Assembly: GCA_037310415.1 (NCBI GenBank)
Contig: CP147780.1
Span: forward strand, 672,001 to 736,000
Source: Candidatus Atabeyarchaeum deiterrae
GTDB lineage: Archaea; Asgardarchaeota; Atabeyarchaeia; Atabeyarchaeales; Atabeyarchaeaceae
Length of the DNA stretch: 64,000 bases
Direction of reading: 5' to 3'
Within the stretch, counting starts at the first letter, position 1. The number at the start of each line of letters is the position of its first letter. The notes under the pieces are model-generated. The model saw only the letters and a list, made by a program, of their open reading frames with translations. It did no database searches and was not told where the DNA came from. The translations under genes and the position numbers were made by a program. Of the stretch, positions 49,408-59,092 are shown one piece after another.

Positions 49408-49815
49408 TCACTTTCTTGAGAGATCGAGGAGTACGACTATGTCAGCCGCATTCTCCAGAGCTTCGTTCGATTTCTCAGGTGTTCGCAAGAGTATGGTTTC
49501 TTTTCCCAATTCCTTAGCCTTGATAAGTGCTGGTAAGATGTTCGGATTTGTTGTGAGAAAGACCACTGAATCCAGTTTTTTGTTGAATGCCATTTCAGTT
49601 GCTTCAAGGGCAACCTGAACATCCACTTCTCCAGGCACAACTATCGGGCTATAACCTTGATGTGTCACCAGTTTCACATTTTCCTCTTGCGAGTTTTGCT
49701 GGTTGAGGATCACTTTTGCGACTTTTGTTACCCCCAAGTCCTCAAGAAGGTTCTTCACCTTGTTTACCATGGCACCGTACTCTTTAACGCCGAGGGTGGA
49801 ACCATCGATTATCAA
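49408..49815 (-). CDS. NYN-domain protein (TIGR00288-like); real start may be upstream at about 49881
   Basis: IDG, VDV.VALEA, LP.L.KAKELGK, L.NAAD; the frame stays open to 49884. Confidence 0.8.
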   Translation of the reverse strand: MIIDGSTLGVKEYGAMVNKVKNLLEDLGVTKVAKVILNQQNSQEENVKLVTHQGYSPIVVPGEVDVQVALEATEMAFNKKLDSVVFLTTNPNILPALIKAKELGKETILLRTPEKSNEALENAADIVVLLDLSRK

Positions 49816-49902
49816 TCCTATTCTTTTCCCTCTTCTTCTGAATCTTAGGAGCCTCGCAAGTCTTCCGATTTTGCTAACTAAGTTCTACCTCCTCTGTCGG
49901 TT

Positions 49903-50757
49903 CTATGCGCCGAATCTTCTTTCCCTTTGCTGATATGATCTTATTGCCCTGAGAAGATCTATTCTTCTGAAAGCTGGCCAATAGACATCGCAGAAGTAGA
50001 GTTCAGAGTAGGCTGCTTGCCAGAGAAGGAATCCAGAAAGTCTTTCCTCTCCTGATGTCCGTACAATCAGATCTGGATCAGGCAAGCCTGCCGTGTAAAG
50101 GTGGCTCTCTACGAGCTGTTCATCGATTTGCTCGGCCTTTAGTTCGCCGGCCACTATTCTAGCGGCTATCTTCTTGAAGGCGTCGACTATCTCTGTTCTT
50201 CCGCCGTAGCTGATGGCGATGTTCAAGAAGTGTCTGTCGTATTTCTCTGTTGCTCGCTCTATTTGTCTGATAGGGTTTATTATGCTCTTAGGAAGCAAAG
50301 ATAACCGCCCTATTGCCCTTACCCTTACTTTGTACTTGTGAATAAGAGGATCTTCAATTATCTCGGTGAACCTAGTTTTGATTATTGAGAAGATTTCGTT
50401 GACTTCCTTTCGCGATCTTCCGAAGTTCTCAGTTGAGAAAGCGTACAAAGTAACGACCTTTATTCCTGCCTCGAAAGACCAAAGCAGGAATTCCTTTACC
50501 TTGTCGGCGCCGAGTCGGTGACCTAGCCATGGCTGAAGGCCCATGCTTCGGGCAAACCTTCTATTTCCGTCAAGTATGATCCCCACATGTTTAGGGCCGT
50601 TTCTAAGGTCGACTTGTCTCCATAGGAACCATTCATACAGCCTATAAATTGGCGCTAGAGCTCTCAATTCCTTCAATTCAGCGTCTCCCTTTGTATCCCT
50701 TATGGCATCACGTGGTGGGGTGGAACCATTGTCATCTTCATAAGGACTACTTTCCAC
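49903..50757 (-). CDS. uppS: cis-prenyltransferase (polyprenyl diphosphate synthase)
   Basis: HVGIILDGNRR, YAFSTENF, YGGR.EI, RTSGEERLSGFLLWQ. Confidence 0.96.
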   Translation of the reverse strand: MESSPYEDDNGSTPPRDAIRDTKGDAELKELRALAPIYRLYEWFLWRQVDLRNGPKHVGIILDGNRRFARSMGLQPWLGHRLGADKVKEFLLWSFEAGIKVVTLYAFSTENFGRSRKEVNEIFSIIKTRFTEIIEDPLIHKYKVRVRAIGRLSLLPKSIINPIRQIERATEKYDRHFLNIAISYGGRTEIVDAFKKIAARIVAGELKAEQIDEQLVESHLYTAGLPDPDLIVRTSGEERLSGFLLWQAAYSELYFCDVYWPAFRRIDLLRAIRSYQQRERRFGA

Positions 50758-50822
50758 TTATATTATGTTTCTCATCCTTCGACCAACAGCCAAAAGTCAG
50801 TATCTATCATCGAGGGAGATCA

Positions 50823-51221
50823 TCATATTAGCTCAGCTATTCTGTCAGCTGATCTCTTCATATCAAGAAACACAAGCCCTAGTTTGACGTCTTTTCTTGC
50901 AGAGATCGTGAGTACTGCGTTTGATCCTGCTCCCATGGCTATGATGTACCCTTCCTTCCCTTTGACAAAGATCTGTTCTATTTCTCCCTTACCGAGTTCT
51001 GAGGATGCACGTTCGCCAAGAGAGAGCATGGCCGCTGTCATTGCGGCTATCTTCGTTTCGTCGACATCTGCTGGCAGGGCCGAGGCTATTGGCAATCCCT
51101 CAATGCTCACTATTATCGCCGCTTCAATCTCAGAGACGGATGCCTCAAGATCCTTGAGTACCTGTTCAAGCGTTCCAGCTTTTGCTCCAGAAGCCGTTTC
51201 CAAGTCCTTACTCGCCCTCAT
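50823..51221 (-). CDS. Roadblock/LC7 (MglB-superfamily) protein
   Basis: IVSIEGLPIAS, IAAMTAAMLSLG, KLGLVF. Confidence 0.92.
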   Translation of the reverse strand: MRASKDLETASGAKAGTLEQVLKDLEASVSEIEAAIIVSIEGLPIASALPADVDETKIAAMTAAMLSLGERASSELGKGEIEQIFVKGKEGYIIAMGAGSNAVLTISARKDVKLGLVFLDMKRSADRIAELI

Positions 51222-51296
51222 CAGCGATTCGTTATGGAACAGAAGTCTGCGAACGGATAGGTTGCTGTTCCAGCATATAGTGGCTATCGCGGTGTA

Positions 51297-51875
51297 CTAA
51301 ACTGATGGAAGTGAACCCTTATAAAGTCTCTTGAGGAGAACATCCCTTGCAATCGCCTGGAATGCTCTGCGCACACCTGTTCCCTTTGTGGCTATCGTTT
51401 CAAATATCGGTACATCTTTTATTCCCAGAGAATCGATGATCGCCTTTCGGTCCATCGCACCAGGCTCATCTCTCTTATTAAGCATAACGACCAGTGGTAT
51501 GTTGCTATTCAAGTTGTTGCCAAGCATCTGCTTCAGTTCATTAAGACTTTCAACATTCTCATTAGACTGGGACGCAAGTGAATCCGCTACAAATATAATT
51601 CCATCTGTTCCTTGGATCACAATCCTTCTCTGATGTCTATGTCTTCTCTGACCTGCAACCGTGAAAACATCAAAAATAACCTTACCACTTGCAGAAAGTG
51701 GGGTATAGTCAAAATAGAGGGTTCTTCCAGTAGGATCCTCTACTGAAGTGAATCCTCCTTTGGCAAGTCCTTCAATGTTATCGTATATCCATCTAAGTGC
51801 TGTTGTTTTCCCCGAGAGTGTTGGCCCCCAGAAGACAATCTTGAAATGCATTCTTCCCTCTGCATCTTTGTTCAC
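51297..51875 (-). CDS. mglA: MglA-like small GTPase
   Basis: G1 GPTLSGKTT, G2 RTLYFD, G3 TVAGQ (no Asp, MglA type), G4 NKRD, G5 TIAT. Confidence 0.88.
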   Translation of the reverse strand: MNKDAEGRMHFKIVFWGPTLSGKTTALRWIYDNIEGLAKGGFTSVEDPTGRTLYFDYTPLSASGKVIFDVFTVAGQRRHRHQRRIVIQGTDGIIFVADSLASQSNENVESLNELKQMLGNNLNSNIPLVVMLNKRDEPGAMDRKAIIDSLGIKDVPIFETIATKGTGVRRAFQAIARDVLLKRLYKGSLPSV

Positions 51876-51899
51876 TGGAGATCGACCTTCTATATGCGT

Positions 51900-52367
51900 T
51901 TACTGCGGGAACTTCTCCAATTCATTGAGAGCTGCTTTCAGCTCATCTTCTTCGGATTTCCCTGTCCCTGGAGGTGCTGCTCGTGACTCCAAAAACTCAC
52001 TAAGGGTTTTCTGAAGCTCGTCTGAGGATTTCTTCACGACTAGTCTAATCATTCCCATGTTTATGCTAGGGTCAGTGATGACGCAGAGAACACCCTTTCC
52101 ACAACTGGCAGCAAAAATCTTGCCGCTCTCAAATTCCGAAGTCACTATCTTTAGGTCGCCAATTTCCAGACTCTTTCCCTGTTCCTCGCTAGCGCAAAAC
52201 ACAGCGCTGGCTATGGCACCTATACCGTCTACGTCCACGGGTTGATATGAGAACTTGGACACGTGAGCGATTGTCAACCCAGTCTTGTCGACCAGTATGA
52301 CTTTCTTGATACCGGGCTCACTTCTTATGACATTGCTTAGTATTTTGTCAAAGGCCTTAACGTCCAT
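51900..52367 (-). CDS. mglB: MglB-like roadblock protein with C-terminal helix
   Basis: ILVDKTGL, GAIASA, NMGMIRL, then a linker and an acidic helix; directly upstream of the GTPase. Confidence 0.8.
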   Translation of the reverse strand: MDVKAFDKILSNVIRSEPGIKKVILVDKTGLTIAHVSKFSYQPVDVDGIGAIASAVFCASEEQGKSLEIGDLKIVTSEFESGKIFAASCGKGVLCVITDPSINMGMIRLVVKKSSDELQKTLSEFLESRAAPPGTGKSEEDELKAALNELEKFPQ

Positions 52368-52514
52368 TTTTTCCTTCCTCCAAAACTGATAGGATTCATG
52401 TCTTAGATTGCACGCAACATTGAGATAACAATCCTAATCGTTCAATAGTAATGAGAATTTGTACTCCATGATCTTTCTTAGACATGTGTCAAATAGCTAA
52501 TGCAAATCGATACG

Positions 52515-52811
52515 TTACTTCTTCTTTTCGCGAAGAACTATTAGAACACACTCCTCCTCAGGTGCGACTAGAACCTCCTTGTTCTCAATATCGATCGTGA
52601 GGAATTTGAGCGGACCTTCGTCTATCTCCTTTACGACTGATTTTACCTTACCTACCAGCGAACCTATGAGTGCCGCGATTTTTTCCGTTCTTTCGGGATC
52701 CATCGTCGAGTTTATTGGCAATCCTTCACTACTTACTACAATTACTCCTTTCACACCTTCGTGCTTCGATAGAGACTCAAGCGTCTTCTGGAACATTTTA
52801 TCTCCGAGCAT
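52515..52811 (-). CDS. Dynein light chain roadblock-type (DYNLRB-like) protein
   Basis: TL..L....GV.G.IVV..EG.PI.STMD, L.FL.I, E..VAP, LIV pattern shared with eukaryotic DYNLRB (recalled sequence). Confidence 0.85.
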   Translation of the reverse strand: MLGDKMFQKTLESLSKHEGVKGVIVVSSEGLPINSTMDPERTEKIAALIGSLVGKVKSVVKEIDEGPLKFLTIDIENKEVLVAPEEECVLIVLREKKK

Positions 52812-53086
52812 CTACGATCATCTTCTCTGTGTGAAGTTCGCAATTATCTTTCTTTTCTTCCAAATATAATTACGCCGATTGTTATTAAAATATATCTGAA
52901 TCAATCTCAAGATTTGTGCAAAGCCTGCGTAAGTAATGCGAGATTGTGGGTGACTTGGGCGTATCGACATGTTAACAGTCTTAAATGGGTCAATTGGTGA
53001 TATAAACACAGGCGAGTTCATGTAAGAAACTGTTCTCGATACAATCGCAGATTCCAGCGGAATCCAAAGTAGAGAGCTGATGAGAA

Positions 53087-53554
53087 ATGAAGGATGAGCG
53101 AACTGGGTTTGATAAAATGCTCAGATATATATGGAAGTGGGAGGTCGACAAGATAAATGATCATCTTCCTAAGAAAACTGTACCATTGAGTGAGCTTTTA
53201 GGCGATGGACATCTGGCTATTCAAGCAAGGGACGGAACGAGTTTATGGATAGACCAAGAAGAAGTGACGAGGATAGCTGATTTGGTTCCTACTGGACTGC
53301 ACAGCAAACTGTATCTTCCACTCATACTGATCAGACGAATAGATCTTGGAGAAGGTGTGTTTAGCATTGGCGGAGGCAAATTAGAAGGATTCCTTGTTGC
53401 AAGGATCTTGGGAACGACTCAAGAGCCCTTCACTAACTATGAATGCGCTGATATACCACCCTATATCTATCGTCCCCAAGTTCAAGAATTAAGAAGAAGA
53501 CTCAGAAGTCTAAGCGTGATCGGTTTCGGAGGCCACGACCAAGAAAACCACTAG
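53087..53554 (+). CDS. DUF61-family protein
   Basis: INDHLPKK..L.ELL, RDG, LPLIL, Y.Y.P....LRR.L. Confidence 0.75.
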   Translation: MKDERTGFDKMLRYIWKWEVDKINDHLPKKTVPLSELLGDGHLAIQARDGTSLWIDQEEVTRIADLVPTGLHSKLYLPLILIRRIDLGEGVFSIGGGKLEGFLVARILGTTQEPFTNYECADIPPYIYRPQVQELRRRLRSLSVIGFGGHDQENH

Positions 53555-53762
53555 CAGCTCACAACCTTCAAACCTCGAAATAGATTTCGTTTCTTCGGCA
53601 GTCAAACTGAAGAATCACAATCCGAGATAACTTAGAAGACTTAAATAACAATGATTCCACATTGTAGCCCAAACAGCAATCAGCGTTTTCCTTAAATCAA
53701 GGTGTGAGAATATAGTTCATATCAGACTCGGGCAAACCTAATCAATGAAATTGTGATGAGAA

Positions 53763-54743
53763 ATGCTAAGCGAACGGTCCGATGCGGTTCTTCGTATTGT
53801 GAGTCTCCTTAAGGAGGTTGGCTTCAAGACATCAGATATCTATAACTCCAGGAAAGCCTGCTTTGATCTGGTTGCAAGAAAAGAGGATCTTATACTACTT
53901 GTCAAGGCACTCACAAACCTCGATGGTTTCCAAGAAGAGCAAGCTTTTCAACTCAAGTTGCTCTGTTTTGTTTTGTCAGCATCACCAATACTGGTGGGGG
54001 AAAGGACACGCAAAGACAAGGTTGAGGATGACGTGTTGTATGAAAGGTATGGCTTGCCAGCTGTTAGTTTCAGCACATTGAGGCAAGCATTACTTCATGG
54101 CGTATTCCCAGTCATCTACGCCAAGAGAGGGGGATTCTTCGTTCACCTTAATGGTGACAAGATCAGGTACGAGAGAGAAAGAGAGTCATTCTCGCTTGGT
54201 TCTCTGGCCCAGAATCTCGGAGTTTCAAGACGAGCAATATACGAGTATGAGCGAAACGAGATGGACAGCACTCTGGAAACGGCAATCAAACTTGAGAAGT
54301 TGTTCGGGAATCCTGTAGCATCTCCGCTCAATATACTCTCATGGAAAGTCGAACACGAAGCCATTGAAGACGGCAATACTGCAGAGTCACTGGATGATGA
54401 ACTGGAAGAGACGGTTGGTCAAGTCCTATCAGATCTGGGTCTCAAGGTTGTCTGGTCCAAGAGAACTCCTTTTGACGCTCTAACATACAGAGAGGAATTG
54501 AGTGATCTGATGGTAACAGGCGTTGGGCATGCCTCTGAGAGAAAAGTCGAAAGCAGAATACAAGCAGTTGGAAGCTTTTCTGGTATAGTGAGATCGCTCG
54601 CTATGTTCGTGTTAGATCGCCCTCATTCAATTATCAGCAAAGGAGTTCCCGTCATGAGTAAGGATGAACTTGAGTCTATGGACGACGCTTCACAACTTCT
54701 AAGAACGATCAGCATGAGAATGCATGGGAAACGCGACAATTGA
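53763..54743 (+). CDS. Archaeal HTH transcriptional regulator (COG1395-like)
   Basis: CFDLVAR, V.Y.RYG.P, RGGFFV, XRE-type HTH LA..LGVSRRAIYEYE, PFDA. Confidence 0.88.
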   Translation: MLSERSDAVLRIVSLLKEVGFKTSDIYNSRKACFDLVARKEDLILLVKALTNLDGFQEEQAFQLKLLCFVLSASPILVGERTRKDKVEDDVLYERYGLPAVSFSTLRQALLHGVFPVIYAKRGGFFVHLNGDKIRYERERESFSLGSLAQNLGVSRRAIYEYERNEMDSTLETAIKLEKLFGNPVASPLNILSWKVEHEAIEDGNTAESLDDELEETVGQVLSDLGLKVVWSKRTPFDALTYREELSDLMVTGVGHASERKVESRIQAVGSFSGIVRSLAMFVLDRPHSIISKGVPVMSKDELESMDDASQLLRTISMRMHGKRDN

Positions 54744-56001
54744 GTTCAATTTTGAAGACACATTTTCAGGAAGCTGCTTGCCGGAAATGTCCGATCTACC
54801 TCTCAGGGAACTAGAAGATGCCGTTGCCACTTCTCTAAGTTGGTACAATGAAGGGAAAGTCCTTTTCCTGGCCCCTGTTCGAAAGACAGTCGTGTCATCG
54901 TCCGATGCCGTCTTCTATAATCCTCGAATGGAGTTTCAGCGTGATGTTTCCATTTGTGTTACCCTCACTTATAGCAAGATGATGGAAAGGGAAATGGATC
55001 TGTGCGAACCGTTGGCAAGTTGTGGCGTGAGGGCGATTAGGTGGGCTTGCGAGGTTCCTGGAATAAGACATATCGTCGCAGGAGACGTAAATCAGAAAGC
55101 TGTCCTCCTTGCCAACATTAATGCTTGCTTGAACAATGTCTTGGGCAAAGTGGAGTTCTTTAGAGCCGATGCAAGGTTCCTTTTGGACACTAATTCTTCA
55201 TTTGGGCAAAGATTCGATGTTGTAGATATAGATCCGTTTGGATCTCCAGTAAACTTCATTGATCCTGCGATAAAAGCCTTGAAAAAAGAGGGAGGTCTGC
55301 TCTGCCTTACAGCAACAGACATGCAGCCTCTTTGTGGAATTCACCAAGATGCGTGTTTACGGAAATACGGAGGAAGATCCCTGCGCACCGAATACTGTCA
55401 TGAGATTGCAGTCAGACTAGTGATAGGTGCTGCAGCATGGATTGCAGCAAGACACAACACACGCACGAGTGTTCTGTTCTCCCATAGCTCTGATCATTAT
55501 GTGAGAGCATATCTTTCAATAAAGAAGAATGCTATTGACGCTGACAAGAGCATCATGGAGATCGGGTGTATTCTCCATTGTTTTAATTGCGGCAATAGAA
55601 AAACCACGCGGAGCATAGTCATATCCACAACCGATCTCAACTGTGAGTTGTGCGGATCGAAGATGAGAATAGCAGGACCACTTTGGTGCGGAGACCTTTG
55701 GGGCAAAGAGTTCGTTCATGCAGCCAAAACCGTCGCCGAGAAACTGGAGTACACATTTGGTCAAAGAAGAATGATGAAGATGCTGGACACGATCTTATCC
55801 GAGTCGAATGGGCCTATCACTTACTATGATTTACACTACCTCTCAGAGGCGGAAGGGACAAGCTCTCCATCAACTTCAAGGATGGTTCAACTTCTTCGAG
55901 AAAACGGGTTCTTTGCGTCGCCGACCCACTTCAGAGGAACAGGAGTTCGTACCTCAGCAGACATAAAGACTATCAGATCGCTGATGAAACAGCTAGAATA
56001 G
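54724..56001 (+). CDS. trm1: tRNA (guanine-26-N2) dimethyltransferase
   Basis: VFYNPRM..RD, DIDPFGSP, TATD, HE..VR, GPLW.G, THF...G.RT.A. Confidence 0.95.
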   Translation: MGNATIEFNFEDTFSGSCLPEMSDLPLRELEDAVATSLSWYNEGKVLFLAPVRKTVVSSSDAVFYNPRMEFQRDVSICVTLTYSKMMEREMDLCEPLASCGVRAIRWACEVPGIRHIVAGDVNQKAVLLANINACLNNVLGKVEFFRADARFLLDTNSSFGQRFDVVDIDPFGSPVNFIDPAIKALKKEGGLLCLTATDMQPLCGIHQDACLRKYGGRSLRTEYCHEIAVRLVIGAAAWIAARHNTRTSVLFSHSSDHYVRAYLSIKKNAIDADKSIMEIGCILHCFNCGNRKTTRSIVISTTDLNCELCGSKMRIAGPLWCGDLWGKEFVHAAKTVAEKLEYTFGQRRMMKMLDTILSESNGPITYYDLHYLSEAEGTSSPSTSRMVQLLRENGFFASPTHFRGTGVRTSADIKTIRSLMKQLE

Positions 56002-56014
56002 CGAAAGAAAACCA

Positions 56015-56476
56015 TTAGTTCTGTGCTTGAACAACACCCTTACCTATGAAGGATCTGAGCCACTCAGAGAGCGGTGGGCACGAACTTGGGGATACAACAT
56101 TGCCTACACTACATATTCTGACATCAGTGCAAAAGAAGCAAGGGCAGTCCATATCTTCCCATCTTATGGAGGCAAGCCTATCGACTGGGACCATGATCCT
56201 GAATGTCCACTTTCCGCCATAGAGCTCTCTCGTTTTTCTTATCAGGCTATGCTCTTCAAGCTCAGAAATCAATTTCAGTCCTTTTCGGTTATTGATTCCA
56301 AGCTTCTTGAGCAAATCGATCTGTAGAACTCCTTTCTCACCTGCTCCCTTGATCAACTCTATTGCTTTCAGTTCGATATTCGAACTCTCAGCCGCATTAG
56401 TGACCGTCAGAGACTTGCGTTCCCTCTTCGCCGTAGGTTGCGCGCTTTTCAACTGCGATCGACTCGGCTCTCTCAA
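56015..56476 (-). CDS. Winged-helix plus Fe-S protein, TFE-beta/RPC34(C39)-like
   Basis: GVLQ..L.K.L winged helix; C-terminal CPCFFC.....C......SP..C..L.EW. Confidence 0.8.
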   Translation of the reverse strand: MREPSRSQLKSAQPTAKRERKSLTVTNAAESSNIELKAIELIKGAGEKGVLQIDLLKKLGINNRKGLKLISELEEHSLIRKTRELYGGKWTFRIMVPVDRLASIRWEDMDCPCFFCTDVRICSVGNVVSPSSCPPLSEWLRSFIGKGVVQAQN

Positions 56477-56679
56477 TAGCCTGAACCTCCACAGAATTCG
56501 CCTTTCTCATCATCCACGTCTGCAAACCTGCACCGCGTAAGTAGAATTCACGGATAACATCGATCACATAATCCGAACATCAACGGGTGATTTCGACGCA
56601 ATGTTATCTAAACTATAATGTATTGACGGCAATAAATAACTTATGTTGTTATGATCAGATTGAGCATTTGTTGTTTTTT

Positions 56680-56792
56680 GAAACTTTAGCTGAAATGATA
56701 ATTGGCAGATGATGAGTCAGTCAATGGCATGATTCTCGTCTGAGGCTACCGCTTTTCCACATCTGGTCTGACTGTTCAGCTAGGAAAGTTTC
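56680..56792 (+). ncRNA. Candidate C/D-box sRNA
   Basis: ATGATGA (56709-15), CTGA (56740-43), CTGA (56768-71), terminal stem GGCAG/CTGTT, outer stem GAAACTTTAGCTGAA/TTCAGCTA-GG-AAAGTTTC. Confidence 0.5.
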
Positions 56793-56908
56793 TTGTGTTC
56801 CCATTCGATCCTCCCAACGTTTCTAAAACGAAGCTGAATTGATGACCACAAAGTTAATAAAGTGTCTGGATTTGTCTAATTTAAACCTCCACTCTCGGTG
56901 GTGACTTC

Positions 56909-57214
56909 TTGATCAGGCTAGGAAAGCTACATCATATTTCTTCTAGTAGAAACTTAATTGTCCGAGCCGAAGTCATACCGCCTCTTGGAGCTACAGTTCT
57001 TACCGATGATTCCAGAAAGATTGGTCGAATCAGTGACGTCTTTGGTCCGAAGAATACACCGTTTGTTTCAGTGAGACCATTTTCTGACGAGAGATCTCTG
57101 CAGAGCCTAATTGGGAGGATTATTTTCTATGCAAAAGAGGGGGAACGGGCAGGGGGACGCGGAAGTAGTGGACTAAGATCTATTAGGGCAAAGAGAGGAG
57201 GCCGGGTGTCTTGA
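56909..57214 (+). CDS. gar1: H/ACA RNP protein Gar1
   Basis: LG..H, IG.I.DVFGP...P.VSV; RG-rich tail; upstream of tfb. Confidence 0.9.
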   Translation: MIRLGKLHHISSSRNLIVRAEVIPPLGATVLTDDSRKIGRISDVFGPKNTPFVSVRPFSDERSLQSLIGRIIFYAKEGERAGGRGSSGLRSIRAKRGGRVS

Positions 57215-58161
57215 ATAATAGTAGGGAAATTCTAGAAAAAGAAAGCAAGGATAGACTGTCATCTGAATATGCGATTCAATGCACTGAGTGTGGGAATACA
57301 AAGTTCATAAGAGACTATGAAAGAGCAGAATTGACATGTTTGAACTGTGGTTTGGTCGTCAAAGATCGTATGATCGATACGGGTCCAGAATGGAGAGCTT
57401 TCGACCATGAGCAGCGTGAGAAAAGGGCGAGGGCGGGGACTCCCACAACTTATACAATTCATGATAAGGGTCTCTCCACAATGATTGACTGGAGAAACCG
57501 CGATAGTTTTGGGAAGGATTTGGCTCCCAGGAAGAGGGCTCAAATATACCGGCTAAGGAAATGGCAAAGAAGAATCAGAGTTTCCGATGCCATGGAACGG
57601 AACCTTGCATTCGCTCTCTCCGAGCTTGACCGAATGGCATCACATTTGGGGCTTCCTCGGAATGTGAGGGAAGCTTCAGCCGTGATCTATAGGAGAGCAG
57701 TTGAGCAGAAATTGATTCGAGGTAGATCAATTGAGGGAGTTGCTGCTGCGGCGCTCTACGCTGCGTGTCGGCAGTGCAGAGTTCCTCGAACCCTAGATGA
57801 GATAACCGAGGTATCTCGAGTAAGCAAGAAAGAAACTGGGAGAAGCTACAGGTTTATAGCCAGAGAGCTAAGCATAACGATTCCACCTACCAACCCTGTT
57901 GACTATATTCCCAGATTTGCAAGCCAGTTGAGCTTGTCTGGAGAAGTTCAATCCAAGGCAGTTGAGATACTAAAACATGCGAGTATCAAGGGACTAACAT
58001 CTGGTCGCGGTCCTACGGGTGTCGCCGCCGCTGCGATCTACATAGCAAGTGTAGCTCTCAATGAGAGAAGGACTCAACGCGATGTAGCTGAGGTTGCTAG
58101 GGTTACGGAAGTCACAGTAAGAAATAGATACAAGGAGCTCGTGGAAAAACTTAGCTTGTAG
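57211..58161 (+). CDS. tfb: Transcription initiation factor IIB
   Basis: Zn ribbon, [40 protein letters not shown]. Confidence 0.98.
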   Translation: MNNSREILEKESKDRLSSEYAIQCTECGNTKFIRDYERAELTCLNCGLVVKDRMIDTGPEWRAFDHEQREKRARAGTPTTYTIHDKGLSTMIDWRNRDSFGKDLAPRKRAQIYRLRKWQRRIRVSDAMERNLAFALSELDRMASHLGLPRNVREASAVIYRRAVEQKLIRGRSIEGVAAAALYAACRQCRVPRTLDEITEVSRVSKKETGRSYRFIARELSITIPPTNPVDYIPRFASQLSLSGEVQSKAVEILKHASIKGLTSGRGPTGVAAAAIYIASVALNERRTQRDVAEVARVTEVTVRNRYKELVEKLSL

Positions 58162-58200
58162 ATGGTTATTTCATCTGAAATTCTTCCCTAGCATTCATTT

Positions 58201-58587
58201 TTATTTCTTTTTTGTTAATCTTGCGTTTATCACGCCATGCTGCCCTGGGCGACTTGTGACTGTGGCTTCGCCAAGCTCAGTTCTGATTACTGCGCCTTTT
58301 GAAATGATCCCACGCCGTTCGTAATCGATGCTGGCGGGGTTCTTGACAACTTGCAGTATTTTCGCTCTTCTCGTTACGTTGCTCCTTTGATCGGTGACAT
58401 TTGCGAAGTCACCTTGGAGCAGCTTAGTCTTCTTGTTGCCGCCCATTCCTGTTTTCAGCTCCGTTTTCTCCTCAGAAAGTTTGGTCTCAGCTGGCTCGCC
58501 ACCAGATTCGTATGCCCTCTTTCCTCTTCTGAGTTTTATTGCCCCTCCTGTGTAACTTCGCCCAGCGCGACCTTGCCATTTACCCAA
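58201..58587 (-). CDS. rps8e: 30S ribosomal protein S8e
   Basis: KR.YE.G, R..II.KGA.I.T..G.A.VTSRPGQ.G.INA. Confidence 0.97.
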   Translation of the reverse strand: MGKWQGRAGRSYTGGAIKLRRGKRAYESGGEPAETKLSEEKTELKTGMGGNKKTKLLQGDFANVTDQRSNVTRRAKILQVVKNPASIDYERRGIISKGAVIRTELGEATVTSRPGQHGVINARLTKKK

Positions 58588-58775
58588 TTTACATTCACCT
58601 CAATACAAGCGAAACCTCGCTCAAACGCGTAGAAGGACGAGATCTCCTGCTGTTTTGATCCGCTTTGGAGTCAAACTCTATATTCGGTTAAAATATATAA
58701 GTTTCGGAGGAATCATGAGTCATATCAATGCGAGTTACCCATTGCGCCATTTGAACTGCGGGTGGACTATGAACC

Positions 58776-59072
58776 ATGAAGAAATCGACGGGAGTAATGT
58801 TGTGGCCAAATTACTTTGACTCAACCAAGAAAAGGAGAGAGGGTAGGAGAATCAAGCGTGACCTAGCGGTAGAGAGACCGACAATCGAGGAGTTAGCAAA
58901 GGCTGCAGAAAAGCTAGGTATACCCTATCAGGTTGACAAATCAGCTGCCTATCCAGGATCATGGTGGGAAAGGAGCGGTAGAATGTTTGTAGGAAAGGCT
59001 TTGTCTAAAGGAAGGATCATACTTTCAATAGCCAAGAACCTAAGGAACATGCGGGCAAAAACCAGTTCATGA
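58776..59072 (+). CDS. srp19: Signal recognition particle protein SRP19
   Basis: WP.YFD....R.EGRR, AV..P, YP..W....GR. Confidence 0.95.
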   Translation: MKKSTGVMLWPNYFDSTKKRREGRRIKRDLAVERPTIEELAKAAEKLGIPYQVDKSAAYPGSWWERSGRMFVGKALSKGRIILSIAKNLRNMRAKTSS

Positions 59073-59092
59073 ACTCTGGAAATGCCTGTTCC

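Noticed and set aside
49840-49885. mRNA intron explaining the missing NYN start
   Set aside because: CTTAG/CTAAG and GCAA/TTGC pair, but not in BHB geometry, and excision creates no start codon.
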